From IMG/VR virus record IMGVR_UViG_3300029305_003110, positions 32,001-96,000 of that record: a stretch of DNA of 64,000 nucleotides; one strand, 5' to 3'. Both the position numbers and the translations under genes were made by a program. Position 1 is the first letter of the stretch, and each line of letters begins with the position of its first letter. Shown here one piece after another: positions 21,528 through 32,233 of this stretch. Under the pieces are notes generated by a model. That model was not told where the DNA came from. It saw only the letters and a program-made list of their open reading frames with translations, and made no database searches. The DNA is from a virus (Duplodnaviria > Caudoviricetes).

Positions 21528-24500
21528 TCAATTCTCTTTTATATCTATAATAACTTCACCTTTTCTAACAGGTAATAATTTCTTACCTTTAGATAATCTT
21601 GGTAGTTCTGGAACTTCTTCCATTTTAATTTCCTCAATACTTGATGTTAAATATGCTTTAAAGATTTCATTACCTTTTACAGTTTTTATTAACTGCACAC
21701 CATCATCCGATTCTACTGAAATAATCTTTAATGGTTTAGCATTTCGTTCCATTGTATTGAAATTATTTAATGTGCATAATTTGCCAAAACCTTTTTTAGA
21801 CAATGCGAATAAATATTGGTCTTTATCACCAATAACATCCATCCCTAATACACTTTCTCCTTCACCAAGAGGAAGTGCTCGAATTCCAACAGTCATACGA
21901 CTCGTCTCTTTAATTTCAGATGAATTAAATCGTACGCCATAACCCGTATTAGTATATATAACGATATCTTTATCACCAGCTATTAATTTAACAGATACAA
22001 GTTTATCATCATCCTTGACTATCAATCCGAGTAGTTCGTTTTTGATATTGGTGTATGCACTTGCTAAAGTTTTCTTAATAATACCATTAGAGGTTATCAT
22101 CAAATAATATACTGGAACTTTTACTTTATCAAGCTCTTCAATAGTCGGTTTAGATTTTATGGTTGTAATCTTACCATTTATTGTGCAATAATCTGATAAT
22201 TTATTGCCCTCGCTATTTAACACACAACCGTGTATCGAATGTACCGGTAGTTTAGAAATCTTTCCGCTCTCATCAAATATTAATAAATCGGATGTATTCT
22301 TACATTCGATGATTTCTCTCGGATAATCACCTTTATTAATAAACCCAACATTTTTAATATTATCTGGTAACTTCTTAACAAAACCATTCGATGTGAATAC
22401 CATGACATGATCGGTATCACGAACCTTAACTTCATTATCAACATTTATGATTTGACTTCTGCGTTCTTCACCAAATAATTCAATTCCTTCTTTTAACTCA
22501 TCTTTAATAATTTTATCAATTTTCTTTGCTGAGCGGACTATTTTGTCAATTTTTATAACTTCAGCATCAATCTCTTCTTTTTCTTTAACATATCGTCTAT
22601 ATGCTTCTTTTGAGAACGCTGTTAATGTCATATTGGCAATTGTGGTCGCTTGTAATGAAGATATACCGTACATCTTCATTAACCCTTCAATAATTTCTTT
22701 CTTAGATTCAGACTTCTTAATTAAACCTATAGTCTTCTCAGCATTATCTTTATTGAGGATAAATAACATAATTTCCAATATATGCTGACGTTCTCTAGCT
22801 TTTGTCAATTTATGGTTATATAAACGACGTTTTGTTTCCCTACGAAAATCAATCCAAGTTAATAATATACTTTTTATAGTATAATCGTTGTCTTCATAGT
22901 CTTCTATCAATTTAAATACTACAGGGAATGTCTTCTCCATCTGAGTCTTTGAATAAATCATATGCATTATTGAATATGGATCCACTTCTTTTTTAAGAAT
23001 AATTTCATAATGCATAAATCCAATATCAGAATGGTCGATAAAGTCTTTCATCATATTATTTTTTCCATCATTTAATAATGAAAATACTTGCGCCTTTATC
23101 TTATTCCAAAATGCCTGTAATGGTGTAGATTTAATGTGAAGAGAATTTCTATCTTCATCAATCTCAATAACACCCCTCATCTTAAAACGACCTGTGCCAA
23201 CTTTTGATATTTCCGGAAATTGACCTTGGTCGACTATATAAGCACCGGTCGGTGAGTCCGGGAATAATACAATATCATCAATGTTTGGATTGTCTATTAA
23301 TTCTATTGTCGTTTCCAAAACTTCTTTTAAGTTATACGTACAAATCGATGTTGAGATACCATCATTTATCTTCCATATGAGTCGTTAATTCATATACGTT
23401 CTCTTATGAACTGCTATATATTTCTATATAGATGAGACTATATCTTCATCTTATAAATAAGATGCCCTCCATTTCCACTCACTTGAGTGTACGTCTTTCG
23501 ACTAGTCGTTGAACCTTTTTATATATTTATTTATAATGTCTTTATGTCTATCTTGTTTTCTTATATGTGATAATAATGAATTTAATTTAATAATGTTATA
23601 ATCCGCATATTGATATTTGGATATAATATAATCCCGTATTTCAACATTTGTTAATTTTTCAATATACATCTTTTCACATATTTCATGTATTAATTCGGAC
23701 CGATATACGCAGTTTGGGTGTTCGTCGCCCTTGCGTGGATTTAAAAAACCACCATCCCGAGCTTCTATTTGATTATATTGATTATCACACCACTCTAAAT
23801 TCTCATAATAATTATTCAAAGAATCATTATCGAGGTGATGAACAAAATCAAATTTTTCAGGATTTGTATTTGGTACAAATTCCCACGCCACTAATCGATG
23901 AATACTAACATCGACATATTGTCTCTGTTTATCAATCACACTATCTTTTGCTAATACAACTTGAAGGTATGCCCGTTCGCGCATAGTATTAAACGAAATT
24001 CGCGATTTGCTTGCCGGTGATAATAATTTATTAGTAATTAAACTATATACACGCCCATGGTTGCTAATCATATAACTATTCTTTTTAACCGATGGGTAAG
24101 TTATAGTTTTCCATATTTCAGGTTTTTTAATAAAAATATACATCATCGTCAACACCTCCTCTTAAAATATTATAGACTTTAATAAATATATAAACTTGGC
24201 TGCTGATTGTCTTCAACTTTACTTGTTAAGAGTTTCCAGCAATTAAAAGGGTTTGCTACATATATCACTATATGCAGGGACTTATATTTCAAATCCAATT
24301 CCAAAAGTATTATTTATTAATACATTTGGATATCGTGAAGGTAAGAATTCTGGTTCTTTTTTATTACCAAGATAATTCAATTTCATATCAACGATATCTT
24401 CACTAAATTCTTCAAAGAAACATTTATAAGCATAATATGATAATCTTGCCTCAATATAACGACCGCTCGCTGCAGGATCTCCAGATGGGCTACCAAAGTT

Positions 24501-24842
24501 ACCCTGACCCTCAACCAGACATTGTATGTTATTCCAAGGCTGTGCTAATTTTACCAATGTTTCTGAAACTGGAATTTCGCCATGTGGATGAAAATCTAAT
24601 GTGTTTCCGACAATAGATGCTACCTTTAAAAATGAGCCTTTATAACTAAGCCCTAATGAATACATTGTATAAAGTATTCGTCTTTCTCCTATCTTTAATC
24701 CATCAAACACACCCGGCAAATGTCTCATAAGATTATTATTTGCAGCAAATATTTTCATATAATCCATACATGCTGAACTCATATTAACGTTGTCTATTCC
24801 CGAGTTGTAATTTGCATCTTTTTTATTTTTCTTTTTTGCCAT
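21528..24842 (-). CDS. gyrA: type IIA topoisomerase subunit A (GyrA/ParC-like); exons 24293..24842 and 21528..23362; 794 aa spliced
   Basis: DGLK..ERR, HPHG, GQGNFGS, catalytic ASGRYIEARL; spliced NNTFGIG-Y-GISTSICTYNLKEV; PDSPTG; C-terminal beta-pinwheel repeats. Confidence 0.92.
23363..24292 (-). mobile_element. group I intron in gyrA carrying HNH homing endonuclease (930 nt)
   Basis: P1 GGAU/GUCC with U.G; core AAUUGCUGGAA, AAUCAGCAGC, GACUA/UAGUC, AAGAUAUAGUC; terminal G at 23363; removal restores the reading frame. Confidence 0.9.
23502..24155 (-). CDS. intron-encoded NUMOD4-HNH homing endonuclease
   Basis: EIWK...YMISNHGRV; HRLVA..F...VHHLDNDSLNNYYENLEW; stop codon overlaps intron P7. 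Confidence 0.88.
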   Translation of the reverse strand: MLTMMYIFIKKPEIWKTITYPSVKKNSYMISNHGRVYSLITNKLLSPASKSRISFNTMRERAYLQVVLAKDSVIDKQRQYVDVSIHRLVAWEFVPNTNPEKFDFVHHLDNDSLNNYYENLEWCDNQYNQIEARDGGFLNPRKGDEHPNCVYRSELIHEICEKMYIEKLTNVEIRDYIISKYQYADYNIIKLNSLLSHIRKQDRHKDIINKYIKRFND

Positions 24843-24952
24843 AATAATCGTTTCTCCTTTTACAGTTTATAACTAATTTTCTTATAAGATAGTTCGATGA
24901 TATATTACTATCTATACTGGTATAATATATCATCGAACTACAGTTTGTTTAA

Positions 24953-25918
24953 TTATTTTGTAAAAAGACAATTTAATATGTGATTATTAAATTTACCTTT
25001 CATCGGATAACCAGCAGCGTGTTTATGACCACCACCACCAAATTTCCTAGCGATTTCAGACACATCAACGTCGTCTTTAGTTGAACGGAGGCTCACCTGT
25101 TCCTCATCAACTAATATAAGTGCAGCAAAATCGATATTATCATTTGTCTCACATATATGATTACCTAATTCAGATACATACTCTTCCGCATATAAAACAG
25201 CCACAGTATAATCCTCATATTTAACTAGTTGAATACGTTTCATTTTGTTTTTAAAGTACTTATCCTTTTTCATATGAACACATTTAATTATACCTCTATC
25301 TTCTTGAGATAGTATAGATGTTTGTATCGGGTCTAATATAGTGGATACCATTTTATTTATAAACTCATCCCTGTCATATACTTTAAATAAATAATTCAAA
25401 TCGAGTGCATCACTCCCCAATACAGAATCATTTTTCCATTCAAATGTATCATATAAGCGAACCAGTTCTACAAATCTATGACATTTTTGCATAACTAAAT
25501 CGTCATGTTCAATTATCCCATCTATTTTATTATTCCAAATCATATCCCAGAAAATACGAGTACCGCATGTTGGTCTAATTCCATCAATTGTCACATTCAC
25601 ATTTGCCCATGAATAGTCATTCAGCCATTCTGCGGTTTTATGATGATCGTATAATTTAGTTTTCTCACGTTCAGAATTTATGTTATGCATATCTAAACAT
25701 TTAGCATTAATTTCACTGACCGATAAATCGGTTATAAATACATTTTCATACTTATGTATGTCTTGATTTTGGAATATTTTAATAATAAATTCATCAATAT
25801 TTGTCGGATTACAAAACTGAATATATTTACTCTTAAAGAATATTTCCATCAAAACAGCACATCCAATTCCATCTAAATCGGAATCCGTTATTAATAAATT
25901 TTTAGCATAAGTAGTCAT
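24953..25918 (-). CDS. DHH/DHHA1 phosphoesterase
   Basis: DSDLDG, ITDL, YDHH, SLRS, GGGGHKHAAG motifs. Confidence 0.85.
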   Translation of the reverse strand: MTTYAKNLLITDSDLDGIGCAVLMEIFFKSKYIQFCNPTNIDEFIIKIFQNQDIHKYENVFITDLSVSEINAKCLDMHNINSEREKTKLYDHHKTAEWLNDYSWANVNVTIDGIRPTCGTRIFWDMIWNNKIDGIIEHDDLVMQKCHRFVELVRLYDTFEWKNDSVLGSDALDLNYLFKVYDRDEFINKMVSTILDPIQTSILSQEDRGIIKCVHMKKDKYFKNKMKRIQLVKYEDYTVAVLYAEEYVSELGNHICETNDNIDFAALILVDEEQVSLRSTKDDVDVSEIARKFGGGGHKHAAGYPMKGKFNNHILNCLFTK

Positions 25919-25943
25919 TGTTTCTCCTCCTCAATTTAAAAAA

Positions 25944-26258
25944 TTAAATCATCTCTGTTAAATATTTTTCTAAAAATTCATTTTTATCTATATCTCTATT
26001 ATTTTCTTTAGAAACATATGCCCATGCAAATGTCAGCATTGCAACAAAATTGTTTCCTGTATCAGCAATATGATCAAGCTGTTCATCTGTAAAATCATTT
26101 TTAGATTTTAATATGTTATAGAAATCTGCATAGTCTTGTTTACTATATGATGTGGATAAATTAGTATTATCCACATCATATGAATCTGCAATTTTATTAA
26201 ATAAATCATAATCGTCGTCAAGAACTGCCATTGCTTTAGAATGTTTTATTTCATTCAT
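25944..26258 (-). CDS. hypothetical protein
   Basis: 104 aa ORF coupled to the gyrB stop. Confidence 0.65.
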   Translation of the reverse strand: MNEIKHSKAMAVLDDDYDLFNKIADSYDVDNTNLSTSYSKQDYADFYNILKSKNDFTDEQLDHIADTGNNFVAMLTFAWAYVSKENNRDIDKNEFLEKYLTEMI

Positions 26259-28651
26259 TAGTTATCGAGATCCTCTCTATTTATTCTAAAATGTTCCATC
26301 ATTAGCTTTCTTTCGTCAGATTCATCACCATGAAGAATGTTAAATGTTGATAAATCCTTCTCAATATCATCAACTGTTAAACGAATAAGAATTCTGTTAT
26401 CTGGATCAAGAGTAGTATCTCTTAATTCTGCCGGTTTTAATTCACCAAGTCCTTTATAACGAGCTTGTATTAATGGCTGGAATTTATTACTTAACCCTAA
26501 GAATTCGCCGAGAGTCATGACTCCTCTGTCTATCAAATCATCACCGTTCTTTTCTTTTACGACGAAATACATATGGTCTTTATTGATATCATGAATATAT
26601 CTATCGAGTTCCTTTGTTCTCTTATCAAATAACTTATCCATTATCAGTATTTGATATTTTCCTTCATATATACCACTCATAACATTGTCTTCATCGATAA
26701 CCAATTCTGGATATTTCTTTTTAAATTTCTTATAGAAATCCTTATCATGTCTATGAATTGATATATATTCCAATACGAATGGATTAATTGCCAAATGATT
26801 CGATGTTCTCTGAAGTTCTTCAAAATAATTTCTATTAACCATCAATAGATCCTGCAACTCTAAGTTTGTGTACGGGGTCTTAGAGTCAATATCATACAGT
26901 AGAATATTGTCACGAATTTGTTTTTCAAATATCTGTACGTATTCTTGCTTATTTAATATAAATTCTTTATACTTACTCTTAATTCTATATAGAGGAGCTA
27001 CTGCTTTATAAATATATCCTCTCTTAACCAATTCAGGCAAGTGTGTTATAAAGAATGCACACAATAGAGATGTAATATTAAATCCATCAGAATCTGAGTC
27101 TGATAATATAATGATTTTATTATATTTTAATTTGTTAATGTCAAAACGTTCCCCTATATTACAACCTAAAATCTTAACCAAAGTTCTGAATTCATCATTC
27201 AGCAATACTTTATCAAGCTTAGCACCAAAAGCATTCAACGGAACACCACGAAGAGCAAATATGGCTTGAGTATCTCTATCAAAACGTCCTTCAGAAGAAG
27301 AACCTTTTGCGGATTTTCCCTCAATCAAGAATAGTTCACGATAATCATTTTTACCTTTATTATTTGCTGGGTTAAAGTTTTCCATTAAAAACTCTTCATA
27401 GTTATTTGCTTCACCACGAATAACAGAATTTCTCAATTTAGTAGATTCTACTCTGGCTTTTGCATTTAATTTAATTCTATCCGAAATCTTTTTAAGTTCT
27501 TTAGGATTCTCTTTAAAATATTCAAATAATGCAGCATATGTTAATTCGCGAATAGGTTTAAATAAGAATGAATTTCCAACTTTTTCTTTTGTCTGACCAG
27601 TGAACTGTGGTTGAAATGTCGTATTTAAATATACTGTCATAACTAACCCTTGGGTTATATCTGAAGGTATAATGTCATACTTTTTACTATCCCTTTCGCT
27701 CAAAGCATCCCTTGTCATTTTTCCTAAATACTGAACGAGTCCTTGACGAACACCATCAACATGAATACCACCATCAATAGTATTTACAAAGTTACAGAAT
27801 GAATCTGTTGTAAATTCTACACTATTGGCATCATATGTAAATGCGACTTCTATACCCAAGAATCTTTCATATTTTTCACCATGGAAAGTTTCTGTCATTT
27901 TTGTTGTTTTAATAAAGTGTATTGGTGATACTAAAGGTTTATTACACATCTTCTTTATATAGTCATATAACCCGTCTTTATTAGAATATTTCTTAGTGAC
28001 TAAAGACTCTTTTCCTTTTTTCTTAATACTTAAATTAATCTTTATATCTGATGGTACTAAATAAATTATTTTATCCAACCAAGTGATTAAATCATCAGCA
28101 ATGATATCACAATCATCGCCCATGAAAAATTTACTCGGCTGCATAACAAATGTTGTACCATGCTTATCTTCATTTTTAATTTTTGTAGTAACAACTCCAT
28201 CCTTTGTTTTACCACGACAAAATTCAACTTTAGATTTTTCTCCATATCTATGAACTATAATTTCAAATTTTTCTGATAAGGAATTGGCAGCAGTTATGCC
28301 GACACCATTTTCCCCGGCACTAGAACTTGAGGATAGTCTATCAAATTTAGAACCAGATTGTAATTTTGTAGATACAACTATCATGCTTTCCGGTGCAATT
28401 CCACGACCATTATCGGATACAGTGATCGTATTTTCAGCTTCATCTAAAAATATATCAATAGTATCGCCTGGTGAATTTTTATTTATACACTCATCAATAC
28501 CATTATTTATCAACTCTTTTGCGAGATGTAATGAGCCTGCTGACCCAAGATATGAGATATACATATTTGGCTTCGTTTGGATTTTCTCTATATCATCCTC
28601 TTTATGCTCAATAACATCATCAATAAATCTTTTGGTTGACATATTTATCAC
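26258..28651 (-). CDS. gyrB: type IIA topoisomerase subunit B (start probably 28642, MSTKR)
   Basis: KPNMYI, ELINNGIDE, DNGRGI, GENGVG (GHKL ATPase); EGKSA, LRG, DSDSDG (Toprim); RYKGLGE. Confidence 0.93.
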   Translation of the reverse strand: MINMSTKRFIDDVIEHKEDDIEKIQTKPNMYISYLGSAGSLHLAKELINNGIDECINKNSPGDTIDIFLDEAENTITVSDNGRGIAPESMIVVSTKLQSGSKFDRLSSSSSAGENGVGITAANSLSEKFEIIVHRYGEKSKVEFCRGKTKDGVVTTKIKNEDKHGTTFVMQPSKFFMGDDCDIIADDLITWLDKIIYLVPSDIKINLSIKKKGKESLVTKKYSNKDGLYDYIKKMCNKPLVSPIHFIKTTKMTETFHGEKYERFLGIEVAFTYDANSVEFTTDSFCNFVNTIDGGIHVDGVRQGLVQYLGKMTRDALSERDSKKYDIIPSDITQGLVMTVYLNTTFQPQFTGQTKEKVGNSFLFKPIRELTYAALFEYFKENPKELKKISDRIKLNAKARVESTKLRNSVIRGEANNYEEFLMENFNPANNKGKNDYRELFLIEGKSAKGSSSEGRFDRDTQAIFALRGVPLNAFGAKLDKVLLNDEFRTLVKILGCNIGERFDINKLKYNKIIILSDSDSDGFNITSLLCAFFITHLPELVKRGYIYKAVAPLYRIKSKYKEFILNKQEYVQIFEKQIRDNILLYDIDSKTPYTNLELQDLLMVNRNYFEELQRTSNHLAINPFVLEYISIHRHDKDFYKKFKKKYPELVIDEDNVMSGIYEGKYQILIMDKLFDKRTKELDRYIHDINKDHMYFVVKEKNGDDLIDRGVMTLGEFLGLSNKFQPLIQARYKGLGELKPAELRDTTLDPDNRILIRLTVDDIEKDLSTFNILHGDESDERKLMMEHFRINREDLDN

Positions 28652-28791
28652 TCCTCAACATCATAAACTTCAATAGTTGTAACAGGAAAAACATCGAAAT
28701 TATTATCCTCTCCAAATGCTTCAATAACTTCTTTTTGTTTTTCTTCGGTTAAATCCTGAATATATATTTCTATTATTTTTGGATCGTTCAT
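28648..28791 (-). CDS. small acidic protein (47 aa)
   Basis: Hand-translated MNDPKIIEIYIQDLTEEKQKEVIEAFG...; AAAGGGG RBS. Confidence 0.5.
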   Translation of the reverse strand: MNDPKIIEIYIQDLTEEKQKEVIEAFGEDNNFDVFPVTTIEVYDVEE

Positions 28792-28967
28792 ATTAATTCC
28801 CCTTTCTATTTAATTCATATAAATGTTTTATCCATAATATACTTTCACATCCCACTATATACAGGGTTTTATTTATGGAACATATAAAATTTTGACAAAA
28901 AAATATACGATGGAATATTAAATCCCATCGTATATTGTATGATTACATGTGCACATGCAACCATGTT

Positions 28968-29456
28968 TTAGAATCTACTGCCTTTTTTCTTTCCGCCGCT
29001 TAAACTAATAGCGCTACCAATACCATAAGCACCGAAATCGTCATCGTGTTTCTTCTTGTTGTTCTTCTTATTCTTACCAAATGCGTTAATTGTTCTCTTA
29101 TAGAGTTCAACGATTTCGAAAGAGTTGTAATCGAAATCACCAAGAGTTACGATAACTGAACGTTCTTTTTCCGGATCATCGGAGAATGCTTTAATCTGGT
29201 TTACTGCGTTATGCATAACCATCTGTGCATGTTCAAGCTCTTCAAACGGAATTGTTTTGAAATCGAATTTTGTTCCGCATTTCTTGCATTTTGCTAAAGT
29301 ACTGTTATTAATAAAGTCAACCTTTATTTTACCATTACTGTTAGAATGTGAGCACGGAATTTTAACTTTTCTCAACTTCTTTTCAATTTTCTTCTGTTCT
29401 TCCTGCAAATCCCTCATTGACTGAAATTCGCTTGTTTTCTTGTCTTTCTTTGACAT
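28968..29456 (-). CDS. putative zinc-finger nucleic-acid-binding protein
   Basis: CSH...CKKC motif, Lys-rich termini, AGGAGG RBS. Confidence 0.65.
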   Translation of the reverse strand: MSKKDKKTSEFQSMRDLQEEQKKIEKKLRKVKIPCSHSNSNGKIKVDFINNSTLAKCKKCGTKFDFKTIPFEELEHAQMVMHNAVNQIKAFSDDPEKERSVIVTLGDFDYNSFEIVELYKRTINAFGKNKKNNKKKHDDDFGAYGIGSAISLSGGKKKGSRF

Positions 29457-29554
29457 AGATTTAAACCTCCTATAAAAAATTAATTATAATCAACAAAATG
29501 ATTTTACTCATTTGTTGCTAGGTGAATAATATATAATTTAAATATTCTTTAATA

Positions 29555-29836
29555 TTATCCTCTGATACTTATTCTATCATACATGTTTATATCCGTAATA
29601 GACTTATCTGCAACCATTATGCATTGAACCGTCTCTATTGGTTTAATTACATGGTATGGTTTTACACGAGAATCAAATGATACTGTTTGAAGACATTCAA
29701 TATCTTCAATATACATCGTAGCTAATGAGAATTCCCCTTTACCAAAAGTTATTCCGGCAGAGTTATCGAATCCAATGCCGATGATGTTCTCCTCACCATA
29801 ATACTCTACTATCTTTTTAAATAATGCTCCATCCAT
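29555..29836 (-). CDS. hypothetical protein
   Basis: 93 aa, AAGGAG RBS. Confidence 0.65.
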   Translation of the reverse strand: MDGALFKKIVEYYGEENIIGIGFDNSAGITFGKGEFSLATMYIEDIECLQTVSFDSRVKPYHVIKPIETVQCIMVADKSITDINMYDRISIRG

Positions 29837-29857
29837 AATATTATCTCCTTTCTATAC

Positions 29858-30052
29858 TTATTTTTTTCGTTTTCTTTTTCCTTTACCATGATTTAAATTA
29901 TATTTTCGTTTTATATATTTTATCTTATCTGGTAAAGTCATAGAATTACAAAATTCTTTTTCTGCAATTATAGGGGCTAAAAATTTACTGTTAACATCAG
30001 TACCCCTGTCATTCATAATGTCTAACATCTTGTCAGATACTCTAACACTCAT
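29858..30052 (-). CDS. small basic protein
   Basis: 64 aa, GGGGTG RBS. Confidence 0.55.
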   Translation of the reverse strand: MSVRVSDKMLDIMNDRGTDVNSKFLAPIIAEKEFCNSMTLPDKIKYIKRKYNLNHGKGKRKRKK

Positions 30053-30079
30053 ATTATCACCCCTAGAATTATTATAATG

Positions 30080-31258
30080 TTATAATGCTAATATTAAGCC
30101 ATTAGATGCTCTTGTTATTGCAGTATATAGCCATTTTCGATAAAAATCTCTATCACCCATAACTTCATCGTATATAAATACATTTTCATATTCGGAACCT
30201 TGAGAAAGGTGAGTTGTTATAGCATACGCATATTCAAATTGGTCATAATAACTTCGACCTTTTTTCTTTTGATTAAATGGGGCTGTTAAATATTCGAAAT
30301 CTATTTCGATATTTTCAAACATTTTATTCTTTAAAAACTCTGGTCTGAAATCTATCTTTATAGAACGTCCATTAAATGATTCCATGTTAACATCCTCAAT
30401 ATATCCTACCATACCATTAATTAGAAATATATTCTCCATTAATCTTCTATTCCAATTATTTCTCCTACATATAACTTTATCACCAATTATCGGATATTGT
30501 TTATTGATTTTTAATATATCTTCACGTATTCTCCTATTTAATTCATCACGAGTTCTATTTCTACCACATATAACAATATCTGAATTTGTTAGCATATTAT
30601 CTGTTATCATATCCTTTTTTATAACGTATGAATTACCATACTTTCCTATTTTAATATAATCACCATGCATTGCTTTCATTGCTAAATGAATTATAGGACT
30701 ATCTAATGCTTGCCTCATTGGTTCAGTCAATTCGACATCTGGATGATTTAGAAAATAGGAATTTCCAAATATAGGTGGTAACTGATTATTATCCCCTAAT
30801 ACGATTACTGGTATATCAAAACTCAATATATCTTTAGCAATATTTTCAGGAACCATAGCACCTTCATCAACAACTATAAGTTTTATATTACTAGGCAGAT
30901 AATCTTTTTTAATAAATTCAAGTTTATCAACTACTCTATTATTTTCTAAAACAACATTACCCAATTCATCAACCATAGGAACTTTTCTTAATTCATATAT
31001 TGAACTATGAATTGTCTGTGCAAAATTCCCCTTCATAGCAAGTGCCAATGTCGCTTTCCCAACATATGCCATAAATAAAACATCATCATGGTCTAAACCC
31101 AACTCATCTATAAGTGTATAAACTATAGTTGTCTTTCCTGTTCCTGCAGCTCCTGATATTTCAAATACTTGCTTATCTTGGGTTTTCCACCATTTAATAG
31201 TCTTCTCTTTTGCAAGTTTTTGTTGTTCAGTTAATTCGAATTTTACTATGTTAATCAC
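30080..31258 (-). CDS. SF1B helicase (RecD/Dda-like)
   Basis: GAAGTGKTT, VVDEGAM, GDNNQLPP, MRQ, YAYAITTHLSQGSEY, YTAITRA. Confidence 0.9.
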   Translation of the reverse strand: MINIVKFELTEQQKLAKEKTIKWWKTQDKQVFEISGAAGTGKTTIVYTLIDELGLDHDDVLFMAYVGKATLALAMKGNFAQTIHSSIYELRKVPMVDELGNVVLENNRVVDKLEFIKKDYLPSNIKLIVVDEGAMVPENIAKDILSFDIPVIVLGDNNQLPPIFGNSYFLNHPDVELTEPMRQALDSPIIHLAMKAMHGDYIKIGKYGNSYVIKKDMITDNMLTNSDIVICGRNRTRDELNRRIREDILKINKQYPIIGDKVICRRNNWNRRLMENIFLINGMVGYIEDVNMESFNGRSIKIDFRPEFLKNKMFENIEIDFEYLTAPFNQKKKGRSYYDQFEYAYAITTHLSQGSEYENVFIYDEVMGDRDFYRKWLYTAITRASNGLILAL

Positions 31259-31294
31259 CCTCTTTCATGTGACATAATACAAGTTTATCGTATT

Positions 31295-31318
31295 TATTTC
31301 TTTGTTAACAATTAAATA
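31295..31318. promoter_or_regulatory. back-to-back AACA-N6-TA promoters centred on TGTTAACA
   Basis: + strand AACA-ATTAAA-TA at 31307..31318; - strand AACA-AAGAAA-TA at 31295..31306; lies between divergent genes. Confidence 0.6.
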
Positions 31319-31368
31319 ATAATATAATTTATAATATATTGGTTAATTAATATATCAGGAGTGATGAT

Positions 31369-31725
31369 ATGAATATAGAAAATGTTACGGAATTAAAATT
31401 AGACCAAAATGAAAATTGTTTTACAACTGTACGTCAGCATTATAATGATACATATTATGGAATACGTGTTCCAAAAATAATGCCAATGTTATTGCCTACA
31501 GCAAATAAAGTGTTTAATAAGAATATTATAATAAATGACTCTGCATGCAAACCCCAAATTAGCAATTCTATACGAACCCAACAACATATAACAATACGCC
31601 GTTCTGCAAATTGTAGTTTAGCACATAAAGCAGATAAATATGGATATGTGTCTGAAAATACCCCAGTAACATGTACATGTTTAAATGGTAATATTAAAAA
31701 TCTCGTATTAACAGATTGCTTCTGA
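31369..31725 (+). CDS. hypothetical protein, possibly structural
   Basis: 118 aa, AGGAGTG RBS, late-type promoter upstream. Confidence 0.65.
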   Translation: MNIENVTELKLDQNENCFTTVRQHYNDTYYGIRVPKIMPMLLPTANKVFNKNIIINDSACKPQISNSIRTQQHITIRRSANCSLAHKADKYGYVSENTPVTCTCLNGNIKNLVLTDCF

Positions 31726-31755
31726 TTATAATAAAGAATGAGGTGAACTTAATAA

Positions 31756-32184
31756 ATGGCAGCTAAATTAAATTCAGTAAATACACTGTCAGAATTTGCA
31801 TCATATGCTAATAAATTAGATTTATCCCACGAGAAGATGCATTTACAATCAAAATTAAATTTTAATGATTACAATATTATACTAAATAGCACATCTTTAC
31901 CAAATAAATATTGGGATTATATATTAGATACAACGTATAAAACTACATTATCCGATGTCGATCTTATACATTATCGATATCAACCAAAATTATATTGTTT
32001 TAATCTGTTTGGAACAACAGAATTATGGTCTTTATTATTAAAAGTTAATAATATGACATCGGTTGCACAATTTAATTCAAAATCATTTTTAACATTTACT
32101 GATAATATTTTTACAGTATTAAATGAAATACTCATTTTAGAAAATGATAATATTGCTAAAAATAAAGTTAGTATTGAAGGATAA
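31756..32184 (+). CDS. baseplate wedge protein (T4 gp53/LysM-like)
   Basis: YRYQPKLYCFNLFGTTELWSLLLKVNNM resembles the gp53 RPD.lsy.lYG...lWW.il..N motif. Confidence 0.6.
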   Translation: MAAKLNSVNTLSEFASYANKLDLSHEKMHLQSKLNFNDYNIILNSTSLPNKYWDYILDTTYKTTLSDVDLIHYRYQPKLYCFNLFGTTELWSLLLKVNNMTSVAQFNSKSFLTFTDNIFTVLNEILILENDNIAKNKVSIEG

Positions 32185-32189
32185 AATTT

Positions 32190-32224
32190 ATGGTAGTAGA
32201 ATAATCAGCTTATTCTACTACCAT
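32190..32224. terminator. bidirectional terminator
   Basis: ATGGTAGTAGAATAA-N5-TTATTCTACTACCAT between convergent genes. Confidence 0.7.
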
Positions 32225-32233
32225 ATTATTTTA

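Noticed and set aside
21528-24842. Naturally split gyrA, and likewise split dnaB at 32234..35003
   Set aside because: Intron removal gives continuous frames through conserved motifs
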